A stretch of DNA of 31,222 bases from a virus (Duplodnaviria; Caudoviricetes), in IMG/VR virus record IMGVR_UViG_3300030376_002532, positions 1 to 31,222 of that record. The stretch is one strand, 5' to 3'. The translations under genes and the position numbers were made by a program. How positions within the stretch are numbered: position 1 is the stretch's first letter; the number at the start of each line of letters is the position of its first letter. This document shows positions 1 through 7,147 of the stretch, piece after piece. The notes below the pieces were generated by a model, which did no database searches, had not been told where the DNA came from, and worked only from the letters and a program-made list of their open reading frames with translations.

Positions 1-495
1 TTGTTCTGTTTTAGCAGACTTATATTTGAAATTGTGCTGCTCTTTTTTGTAATCCATCCATATTTTAATAGTTTCTTTAAATGTTGGAGTGTTAAAAGGA
101 TAAACTAAATCTTTATTTATTACATTATCATTTACACTTACATTAACATTATCATTTACATTAACATTTACATTAACAGCTTTTTTTGCTTTAGTTTGCT
201 TTTCTAAAAAACCATTTGCTTTTTTTGCTTTCTCTTGCTTTTTAGGTCGTCCACCTAATTTTCCAGCTTCTGACCTTTTGTTTTTAATATCCTCCCATTT
301 AAGTAAATCTCTTTTAAATTGCTGTTTAACAGGTTCAAAAGCTATTTCAAGAAGTAAATCATCAGTAGCTGGGTTTTCATCATTTACATAGGATAAAATG
401 TGTTTGAATAGCTTGCCAGCGTATTCATCAGAAAGCTTATCAACTGTTGCTTTTATGTCAGTGTATAATATGAATGATTTTTTGTCTTTAGCCAT
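1..495 (-). CDS. Replication initiator / replisome organizer, DUF6291-like N-terminus, allele A (3' part runs off the window start)
   Basis: Hand translation from ATG 495: MAKDKKSFILYTDIKATVDKLSDEYAGKLFKHILSYVNDENP...RSEAGKLGGRPKK...VNVNVNVNDNVNVSVNDNVINKDLVYPFNTPTFKETIKIWMDYKKEQHNFKYKSAKTEQ. Open to position 1 and homologous to 30517..31194. Missing from the ORF track because it has no stop in the window. Confidence 0.85.
   Translation of the reverse strand, partial: MAKDKKSFILYTDIKATVDKLSDEYAGKLFKHILSYVNDENPATDDLLLEIAFEPVKQQFKRDLLKWEDIKNKRSEAGKLGGRPKKQEKAKKANGFLEKQTKAKKAVNVNVNVNDNVNVSVNDNVINKDLVYPFNTPTFKETIKIWMDYKKEQHNFKYKSAKTEQ
117..241. repeat. Putative origin in initiator allele A: five TTGCTTT copies plus AT-rich hexamer repeats
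   Basis: TTGCTTT at 186, 196, 216, 225, 235 (about 10-bp phasing), adjacent to ATTTAC/ATTAAC/ATTATC hexamers at about 117-177. Resembles the ori-within-initiator layout of lambda O. Confidence 0.6.
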
Positions 496-751
496 TGTAT
501 CTTTCTTTGTGTACTTTGTTAAATGGTATTAAGACTAAATGCGCTTCTTCAAACCTTTCTCCACACTTAATGCAGTTTTTTATATATGGATTATCCTCAT
601 GACATTTAAACTCATGAATACAACATGGACTCCATGATTTGACTGTTTGCTTTGGGTTTGTTTGCTTGTTTGGAAAAGCCTCTTCTATGTCAATGATCTT
701 AAGCGGTTCATAAAATTTCTTAAGTTCTTCTGTTTTTGTTTTAAGTATCAT
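488..751 (-). CDS. Hypothetical protein with Cys/His (zinc-ribbon-like) motif
   Basis: CCIHEFKC...CIKCGE; its end overlaps the initiator start. Confidence 0.65.
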   Translation of the reverse strand: MILKTKTEELKKFYEPLKIIDIEEAFPNKQTNPKQTVKSWSPCCIHEFKCHEDNPYIKNCIKCGERFEEAHLVLIPFNKVHKERYNG

Positions 752-765
752 ATTAAAAAGTTTAA

Positions 766-796
766 GGGAGCTTTTATTGCTTAGACATCCGCTCCC
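766..796 (-). promoter_or_regulatory. Intergenic RNA hairpin (GGGAGC/GCTCCC stem, 19-nt loop)
   Basis: Perfect 6-bp GC-rich inverted repeat at 766-771/791-796. The loop carries a 12-mer complementary to the ninG leader. Confidence 0.5.
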
Positions 797-802
797 ATTT
801 TG

Positions 803-1366
803 TTAGAGTTTTTTTACTACTATTGAATCTTTTTTGAATTTGTATTTAGGTACATCTACACACTCCCCATCTGCTAAAATCATTTGTCCATCACTTAGCA
901 TGGTAGCTCCTTTTTCAAGGCCCTGTAAAGCGTGTTTTACTTTGTTCTTATACCTATCTAGTTCTTCTATTTTTTCAGCTATTACAGGCACGCTTGAATA
1001 ATCTATTATGCGGCCACCTGTTCTTTTTTGTATCTCAAAACCGTTTCTAATAAATGACTTGTTATCAGGTGCTTCTAGTTCGCACTTATCCATTGCCATT
1101 GGTTCTATTTGTTTTAGTGTTTCATCTAAAACCTTTTTAATCATTCTTAGTGTTGTAAAGACTTCTATTTCGTTGCCTTCTTCTGCTTTGTCTGCTAGTT
1201 CACAAAAAATGTCTTCTTGCTGCTGAATAGTTGCTTGCCATTCGTTTATAGTTTCTTCATGGTGTACTAATTCATCTTGATAGTCATGCCATTGGTTTTC
1301 TCTATATTGATGAAAGTCTGCTTCTGTTAAGTCTTGGTATGTTCTTTTACTTATTCCCATTGTCAT
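803..1366 (-). CDS. Hypothetical early protein (acidic, helical)
   Basis: 187-aa ORF in the tightly packed early operon. Confidence 0.75.
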   Translation of the reverse strand: MTMGISKRTYQDLTEADFHQYRENQWHDYQDELVHHEETINEWQATIQQQEDIFCELADKAEEGNEIEVFTTLRMIKKVLDETLKQIEPMAMDKCELEAPDNKSFIRNGFEIQKRTGGRIIDYSSVPVIAEKIEELDRYKNKVKHALQGLEKGATMLSDGQMILADGECVDVPKYKFKKDSIVVKKL

Positions 1367-1517
1367 TGTTTTTAAAGGTTATGTTGTTAAGGTTTTCTAA
1401 GTCTTGATTCATGTTTTCATGATACCAAGTGTCTAATGGTTCTTTGCCTTCTTCTAATTCTTTTAAAAGAAGCTCGCATTGATTTTTTATGCTTTCTATA
1501 TGTTCAAAAATTGTCAT
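1347..1517 (-). CDS. Hypothetical small protein
   Basis: ORF-track 1347..1565; likelier start is ATG 1517 (MTIFEHIE), which removes the overlap with the upstream gene. Confidence 0.6.
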   Translation of the reverse strand: MTIFEHIESIKNQCELLLKELEEGKEPLDTWYHENMNQDLENLNNITFKNNDNGNK

Positions 1518-1521
1518 GGTT

Positions 1522-1890
1522 TTATTTTTTAAAGTCATCGGCTTCATCTTCTCCATAAACTCCAAGAGAATAGCCCTTTGTTAATTTCAATATTGCTCTA
1601 CTCATTGCACGCTTTTCTGCCATTTCTAAGTAATATTTGTTGTGTGATGTTTCAACTGATGCGCTGCCATAGGTTTCTATAACCTCATCATTAAGAGTTG
1701 CTACTGCTTTTACAGCACAATAGTCTTGAGTAACTGTTATTTCTTTGTATGTGATTTTAATGCCTTTAGCAAACATTATTTTCTCAATACCTGTTCTAGT
1801 TATTATTGTGTAGAACTGATGCTTGTGTACATCTTCTTTAGTAAGGTTACATTCTTGGTATAGTGTTCTGAGTTGTTCTGTTTTATTCAT
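1522..1890 (-). CDS. Putative ssDNA-annealing/recombination protein (short Rad52/Sak-like)
   Basis: ETYGSAS...EMAEKRAMSRAILKL..G..GVYGEDE resembles the conserved C-terminal helix of phage annealases; early-operon context. Confidence 0.5.
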   Translation of the reverse strand: MNKTEQLRTLYQECNLTKEDVHKHQFYTIITRTGIEKIMFAKGIKITYKEITVTQDYCAVKAVATLNDEVIETYGSASVETSHNKYYLEMAEKRAMSRAILKLTKGYSLGVYGEDEADDFKK

Positions 1891-2038
1891 TTACTTTATG
1901 ATTTAAAGCGTTATTAATAAGCGTGTAGTCTTCTTTAGAAATTACCACGTATTCGTTCTTTTTTAAAAGCTCTTTTGCTTTGTCTATTTTCTGCTTCTTA
2001 TCCCTGTAAGCATGAAATATTTGATTATGTATTGCCAT
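1883..2038 (-). CDS. Small hypothetical protein (51 aa, not in ORF track)
   Basis: MAIHNQIFHAYRDKKQKIDKAKELLKKNEYVVISKEDYTLINNALNHKVNE; exactly fills the gap between its neighbours. Confidence 0.7.
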   Translation of the reverse strand: MAIHNQIFHAYRDKKQKIDKAKELLKKNEYVVISKEDYTLINNALNHKVNE

Positions 2039-2039
2039 T

Positions 2040-2252
2040 TTATTTTATATTATTTAAGTCCTTATGTGAAATCCTATAAACCCCTATTGATGGGCTGGAT
2101 GCTTTTATCTTACCTTGATGAATCCAGTTAAGCATGGTTCTGTAAGAAATTCTGTGATGTTTAGCTGCTTCTGAAACTGTATAAAGTTTGTTTAGTTCAT
2201 TATACTTTTGAAGTGCTTGAAATACTGCTTGTTCTATTTCTTGTGTTTTCAT
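2040..2252 (-). CDS. xis: Excisionase-like HTH DNA-binding protein
   Basis: LYTVSEAAKHHRISYRTMLNWIHQGKIKAS...YRIS is an HTH_17/MerR-like Xis pattern. Confidence 0.75.
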   Translation of the reverse strand: MKTQEIEQAVFQALQKYNELNKLYTVSEAAKHHRISYRTMLNWIHQGKIKASSPSIGVYRISHKDLNNIK

Positions 2253-2461
2253 GTTGTTAGGGTTTTAGTTTCCTTATTCACAAAATTTTGCATGATTGAG
2301 ATTAACTTATCTTGATGTTTGTTTGGCACTTGATAAAAGCCACCAAACCAATTATTGCGAACCGATAAAGGATTAAGATTGAAATGTTCAGCAACAAGCA
2401 TTGTAAGCTCTTTTTTATTGCTAGTTTTGTTATATAAGTGTTTAATATTAGAATTGTGCAT
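2249..2461 (-). CDS. Cro-like regulator
   Basis: First gene of the leftward operon, divergent from the repressor; HTH-like VAEHFNLNPLSVRNNWF. Confidence 0.6.
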   Translation of the reverse strand: MHNSNIKHLYNKTSNKKELTMLVAEHFNLNPLSVRNNWFGGFYQVPNKHQDKLISIMQNFVNKETKTLTT

Positions 2462-2490
2462 TTTTATACTTTATTTGCGTAAATACTTCA

Positions 2491-2498
2491 CAAATATA
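2491..2498 (-). promoter_or_regulatory. Bacteroidota -7 promoter element (TATATTTG) for the early lytic operon
   Basis: CAAATATA on + is TAnnTTTG on -, 30 nt upstream of the Cro-like ATG; no clear -33 element. Confidence 0.6.
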
Positions 2499-2658
2499 TA
2501 CAAATAATATTAATAATAATAATTATGTATAAAAAAATGCAGTAAAAATATTATTTATACCTGTTATGAATAACAAAAAAAAATACAATTAGGAAGTAAA
2601 AATGTATATATAAACGTTTAAATTTTGTACTTTAACGTAACCCTTATGAAAAAGCCCT

Positions 2659-3072
2659 ATGTCCACACCAGCAAAACGAATAGATTCACTGATAAATGCT
2701 TTAAATCTTAACATAAACTCATTTTCTAAAGAGTGCGGTTATCCTACATCTGCTACCATTTGGAGACTAATTAATGAAGGTGCAAAGCCATCAAACCCAA
2801 CATTAAATAAAATCTGTAATAGATTTCCACAAGTAAACAGAGAATGGTTAATGACTGGTTACGGTTCAATGTTTACAACTCAAGAAAATGAAGATTTAAC
2901 TGTTACTGCTAAACAGGTAATTGATAATTTGAAAGAAAATACAGAAAGTCTTAAAAGCGAAATTAAAGACTTAAAAAATCAGTTAAAATTTATCCGCGCA
3001 TCTCTTTTAGGAATTGAGATGTTCCATGGCATTGACATAAAAACAAAAACAATAAAAAATAAAAATGTTTAA
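2659..3072 (+). CDS. CI-like repressor (XRE HTH plus coiled coil)
   Basis: LNINSFSKECGYPTSATIWRLINEGAKPS...FPQVNREWLMTGYGSM is typical of Bacteroidota prophage repressors; divergent from the Cro-like gene. Confidence 0.85.
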   Translation: MSTPAKRIDSLINALNLNINSFSKECGYPTSATIWRLINEGAKPSNPTLNKICNRFPQVNREWLMTGYGSMFTTQENEDLTVTAKQVIDNLKENTESLKSEIKDLKNQLKFIRASLLGIEMFHGIDIKTKTIKNKNV

Positions 3073-3142
3073 TTGTTTTTAACATTTATTAATTTTTAAT
3101 TAAAACTTAAAAAATTTACGTTCTATTTTGTATTTTAGAAGC

Positions 3143-3292
3143 ATGCATGAATCACTAGAATTTATTTTAAACTTTAACGAAAATCATCACTTGTACACAG
3201 AAGAAGAAAAAGAAAGACTATTGATAGAATGGAAGAAAATGTACAGTGAATATCTTGTCCAAAAAGTAGATGCACAGTTTGCTAAAATATAG
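3143..3292 (+). CDS. Small hypothetical protein (49 aa, not in ORF track)
   Basis: MHESLEFILNFNENHHLYTEEEKERLLIEWKKMYSEYLVQKVDAQFAKI; downstream of the repressor, convergent with the integrase (11-nt overlap). Confidence 0.5.
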   Translation: MHESLEFILNFNENHHLYTEEEKERLLIEWKKMYSEYLVQKVDAQFAKI

Positions 3293-4487
3293 CATTTACA
3301 TATTTTTCCAATTCATTTTCTTGAAACTTCTTATAAGTCTTTAATGTCTTAGGGTCTCTTATGCCTGTTATGGCCATAATAATGTGATCAGGAACATTAC
3401 TATTTGCTGCAATAGTTATAAATGTTCTCCTTGCAGTATGTGAACTTACTAAGCTGTAAAATGGTTTTATTTCTACTATTCGCTTACTGCCTTTATATTT
3501 AGTAGTGGTAACTTCTTCATTGAATCCAGCTATCTTACAAACTTCTTTGATATTGTCGTTAAACTTTTGATTACTTACTTTAGGCAATCTCCACTCCCAT
3601 CTTTCAAGTAAAGCATTTAATTTCTTAGATATTGGAATATAACTTTTGTATTGTGTTTTTTCTGCTCTCTTAACTATTCTATTGTTTATTACATCTGATT
3701 TTTTAAATACTGAATAATCGCTGAATCTTTGTCCTGAATAAATACCTATTAAAAACAAATCTCTGTATTTATCTAAAACAGAATTTAATTCTAAATTTTC
3801 TAATATTTCAATTTTATCTTTTGTCAATGAAACATGGTCTGCATCATGAGTTTTTACTGTTACTTGATTGTAAGTTTCATCTGTTTCTATTCCTGTGTAT
3901 CTGCACCATTTTAAAAAAGTCTTGAAATAACCTAAGTTTCTATCTATTGTAATATCTGTTAGATTGTGGTCTTTTCTTAGATAATTTACAAAACCAATTA
4001 AAAAACTTTTATTAACCCCTAAAACCCCTATTTGAACCCCTGTTTTGTTTTCGTATGCAATTAACTTGTTTCTAAGTGCTGAATATTTTTCTATTGTTCT
4101 TGATTGATATTTTCCTAGTGATTTTTTTTCTTCTACATATTTATTTATTAAATCTATTACTCTATCATTAGAAACTACTACATGCTTAAATTTAGCATCT
4201 AAACGCTTTTTAAGTTCACTTCTAGTTACTTGTTTCTTTTCTAGTTCTATATTACTAATTGAAACATGTAAGTGTTCTACTATTCTATTAAGTTGGTTTG
4301 TGATTTGTTTTATTTCAAATCCAGCAGCTCCAGCTTTAGCTTTTGGCATCCTACTTTCTTTGTTCCAGTTCTTAGGATTTATTGAAATTCCAGTTGAATA
4401 AACAAAGGTTTGTTTTTCAGATTTTACATAATATCTTAGACGAATTGCTGATTTTTTATTACGTGGATTGTTTAGAAAAAAATACAT
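3282..4487 (-). CDS. int: Tyrosine integrase (arm-binding, SAM-like and catalytic domains)
   Basis: YSTGISINPKNW arm-binding motif; GQRFSD (Arg), SSHTARRTF (HxxR), KTY (Tyr); adjacent to attP. Confidence 0.95.
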   Translation of the reverse strand: MYFFLNNPRNKKSAIRLRYYVKSEKQTFVYSTGISINPKNWNKESRMPKAKAGAAGFEIKQITNQLNRIVEHLHVSISNIELEKKQVTRSELKKRLDAKFKHVVVSNDRVIDLINKYVEEKKSLGKYQSRTIEKYSALRNKLIAYENKTGVQIGVLGVNKSFLIGFVNYLRKDHNLTDITIDRNLGYFKTFLKWCRYTGIETDETYNQVTVKTHDADHVSLTKDKIEILENLELNSVLDKYRDLFLIGIYSGQRFSDYSVFKKSDVINNRIVKRAEKTQYKSYIPISKKLNALLERWEWRLPKVSNQKFNDNIKEVCKIAGFNEEVTTTKYKGSKRIVEIKPFYSLVSSHTARRTFITIAANSNVPDHIIMAITGIRDPKTLKTYKKFQENELEKYVNAIF

Positions 4488-4718
4488 TGTGTATAGTATT
4501 GTGTACAGTTTTTATGTATTTATTTTACACATTCTGTGTTGTTTAGTTACAATGATAACTAAAATAAATCTGTAATTTTATCATATATTACAATTAATGT
4601 GTAAAATAGTGTAAAAAGGTTATAATCCCTTCCTCTCTGCAAACCTAAGCTTTAAACTGTTTTAAATCAATTAGTTAAAGCTTTTTTATTTCAATTGTGT
4701 ACTCTATTATGTACAGTT
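4487..4718. other. attP: core AATCCCTTCCTCTCTGC (4624-4640) flanked by paired 12-bp arm-type repeats
   Basis: The core resembles the T-loop/acceptor 3' end of a tRNA-Ser. Arm-like repeats TTGTGTATAGTA and TTGTGTACAGTT (4487-4510), TTGTGTACTCTA and TTATGTACAGTT (4695-4718). GTGTAAAA twice at 4599 and 4609. Confidence 0.8.
4647..4690. terminator. Hairpin AAGCTTTAA...TTAAAGCTT plus T-tract just 3' of the att core
   Basis: 9-bp inverted repeat 4647-4655/4675-4683 followed by TTTTATT; would lie downstream of the restored tRNA. Confidence 0.5.
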
Positions 4719-4721
4719 TTA

Positions 4722-5780
4722 CTAAAAATAATGTGTTAATCTTGCAACTTGTCCATTAACAGGATGATGAATAAATCCTTCAATTGCTTTATTGTTTGAA
4801 CTTTGATAACCATTCCTGTGATGCCATGAATCTGCTTCTGATGGACTTCTTAAACTTTCTAATGTAATTCCAGCAAAATCCTTACTTGTTTTGTGGTGTA
4901 CGTGATGAGTGTATATGTATCTGTGTTTGCACTCACTCCAGTAATTAGCAGCTTCATCAGCAACTACCATAGGTAAAGTGTTATTAGAACAGCCATCTCC
5001 ATGTGTTGTAGCAATTAAGTTAGAATGATATTTAAAATACTTTCTGTGAGATATTGAACAATCAAAATCAATATTATCACATTTTCTAAACCATGTCTTT
5101 ATGGTGTCGCTTAAAAAGAAACTACTTTGATAATCATGGTTAGAAGGATTAAAAACAAAAGTAATATCAGCAACACCCATTAAATGTTCTAATACATCTA
5201 TGTATAATTGTTTCGCATGTAAAAAGTTTTCATACCACATACCGTCTGTATCTTGTGGTGTTCCGCTTGTTGTAGTTCTTTTAGGAGTGTCAACATGTAG
5301 AATATCATTACCAGCAACGAATAATATTTTATCTATATTAAAGCCGTTAGACTTATCTAAAATACCTTGCACACCTTCATGAACTCTTTTAACTGCTGTT
5401 TCAGTGTCGTATTTATTGCCAGTTTCATATATAGTAGATAGTTTGCCAATATGAACATCTGCTGGATCAATGACTAACAAATGACCATCTTTCTGCTTAC
5501 TTCTTTTTATTTTTTTATAAGCTGGAGAATGTTTTTTTAGCTCCTCAATTATATCATCTTTAAACTGATTATATGCCTTTAGTCTAAAAGATGGATTTTT
5601 AACAAATAAACTGGATTCTTTACTTTTAACCCACAGGTGTTTTATATCATCAACATTAACATTGTTAAAGTCTGCTTCTTGTTTTATCCTTCTGTAATTT
5701 TGAATAACATCAATTTCATCTGCTGTTACTCTCATTTTTGGATTGCCTTTGTCCTTGTATCTTTCGTGGTGTTTTTTCAT
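4722..5780 (-). CDS. Calcineurin-like metallophosphoesterase
   Basis: Metal-binding motifs DVHIG, GND, NHD, THGD, HVHH. Confidence 0.85.
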   Translation of the reverse strand: MKKHHERYKDKGNPKMRVTADEIDVIQNYRRIKQEADFNNVNVDDIKHLWVKSKESSLFVKNPSFRLKAYNQFKDDIIEELKKHSPAYKKIKRSKQKDGHLLVIDPADVHIGKLSTIYETGNKYDTETAVKRVHEGVQGILDKSNGFNIDKILFVAGNDILHVDTPKRTTTSGTPQDTDGMWYENFLHAKQLYIDVLEHLMGVADITFVFNPSNHDYQSSFFLSDTIKTWFRKCDNIDFDCSISHRKYFKYHSNLIATTHGDGCSNNTLPMVVADEAANYWSECKHRYIYTHHVHHKTSKDFAGITLESLRSPSEADSWHHRNGYQSSNNKAIEGFIHHPVNGQVARLTHYF

Positions 5781-6223
5781 GGTTTGCGTTTGGCAATGCT
5801 TCCAAAGTAGTAACCCACTATTGAAAGTACAATGCCTTCTACAATTCCTGTTGTATGTATCATTAGTTCTTTGTTATGTTCAGGAACAGTAATAAAAACA
5901 ATTGCATATACTAGAAATAAAAAACTAAATAAACCAACAATTCCTGTTAAGTTCATCATCCAGTCTTTTGCGCCTGTTTTCATTATTTCTACTTCACGCT
6001 TTCTAGCTGAATCTCTATCCTCTACTTCTAGTTTGTAAAATTCAACTGCTTGCTGATGAAGCATTTTCTTTTCTTCTGATGTTAAATTATCATCGTTTTT
6101 AATTAAATTACCTAATACCCCAAGAACCCCCTTATCAGGAAGCAAATCTCCTACTACATCAAGTATTTTAGGAGCTTTATCTTTTAGTAATTTACCTAGT
6201 TTACTATCTTTTAGCTTTTTCAT
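5777..6223 (-). CDS. Holin-like membrane protein
   Basis: Two C-terminal TM helices ending GYYFGS; next to the endolysin. Confidence 0.65.
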   Translation of the reverse strand: MKKLKDSKLGKLLKDKAPKILDVVGDLLPDKGVLGVLGNLIKNDDNLTSEEKKMLHQQAVEFYKLEVEDRDSARKREVEIMKTGAKDWMMNLTGIVGLFSFLFLVYAIVFITVPEHNKELMIHTTGIVEGIVLSIVGYYFGSIAKRKP

Positions 6224-6728
6224 CTTTTAAATATTCAATCGCTTCTTCACTTCTTGGTTTATATCCTTTAGGTTGTAACCCTAGTTCAAAGCCCCATTTT
6301 TCTGCTGGAAAACAAGGACAAGATTTGAGCCATTCTTTCTTTTCAACTTTTGAATCCCCGTCACTGTCAGGACTCAAATCTCGGTGTCCTACTATTACTG
6401 CTTTTGGATAAATATGCTTGAGCTGTTTAATCATCTTAATTAATAGCTCTTTTTGTCTTTCTGTTCTTGTGTCTTTTGGCTTGCCGTTGTTATCTAAACC
6501 CCCAATGTAACATATTGCAGCAGCTGTTTTATTCGCTCCTCTAACACTAGCAGGAATCCTGCTTAATGGCCTTCCAAATTCTATTTGCTGAAATCCAATG
6601 ATATAATGATAACCTATGTCGGACCATCCTCTTGCTAGATGCCACTTCCTAATTTCATCTGCTGTTATTGCTTGTCCTTCTCTAGTTGCAGAACAGTGAA
6701 TGTGAATTTCTTTTATTTGTCTATTCAT
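6204..6728 (-). CDS. Endolysin, N-acetylmuramoyl-L-alanine amidase (T7 lysozyme/Amidase_2-like)
   Basis: IHCSAT, GWSDIGYHY, GHRD, KSCPCF zinc/catalytic motifs. Confidence 0.92.
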   Translation of the reverse strand: MNRQIKEIHIHCSATREGQAITADEIRKWHLARGWSDIGYHYIIGFQQIEFGRPLSRIPASVRGANKTAAAICYIGGLDNNGKPKDTRTERQKELLIKMIKQLKHIYPKAVIVGHRDLSPDSDGDSKVEKKEWLKSCPCFPAEKWGFELGLQPKGYKPRSEEAIEYLKDEKAKR

Positions 6729-7020
6729 CCTTATATCTTTTAGTTGCCGTTCTTTTTTTCGCGTTGGAGATCAAACGGTTTTCCATTTTCACAATCTTAA
6801 CTTTAAGATGCGTGTTTTCTTTGATTAAGTCATCAATCTTATTTTCTAGTTCTGAAATTTTTGCAGTTAGGTTTTTAATCTGTTCAGTAAATACATTGTC
6901 TACTCTTTCTTCTTTCTTTGCTCCTATATCAATCTTTTGCTTAACGATAGACCAAATTTCTTTAATCCCTAAAGCACCTACTAAAGAGGATATTATTATT
7001 AATAATGATTCATTCTCCAT
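6721..7020 (-). CDS. Holin-like / lysis-associated protein (N-terminal TM plus coiled coil)
   Basis: Likely start ATG 7020 (MENESLLIIISSLVGALGIKEIW), since the longer start overlaps the upstream small gene; heptad-rich C-terminus. Confidence 0.6.
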   Translation of the reverse strand: MENESLLIIISSLVGALGIKEIWSIVKQKIDIGAKKEERVDNVFTEQIKNLTAKISELENKIDDLIKENTHLKVKIVKMENRLISNAKKRTATKRYKDE

Positions 7021-7027
7021 TTTTATA

Positions 7028-7147
7028 TTATTTACCTTGTCCACGATATTTCTTTTTATAACCTACTTGTCCCTTACTAGCATTTTTGCTATGCACTCCT
7101 TTTCTTTTCTTTTTCGGCCTTCCTAATATGCTGATGGAATATCTCAT
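7028..7147 (-). CDS. Small very basic protein (39 aa, not in ORF track)
   Basis: MRYSISILGRPKKKRKGVHSKNASKGQVGYKKKYRGQGK; ATGA overlap with the upstream stop. Confidence 0.7.
   Translation of the reverse strand: MRYSISILGRPKKKRKGVHSKNASKGQVGYKKKYRGQGK

Noticed and set aside
1-523. End duplication as a true direct terminal repeat or a DGR template/variable repeat pair
   Set aside because: The copies are divergent with indels, differences are not adenine-specific, and no reverse transcriptase is encoded.
2497-2560. Operator-like inverted repeat AAATAATATT/AATATTATTT in the switch region
   Set aside because: All A/T in a very AT-rich gap, so not distinguishable from chance, although operators are expected here.
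4615-4645. A complete tRNA gene
   Set aside because: Only a 3' fragment of about 17 nt is present; no cloverleaf upstream.
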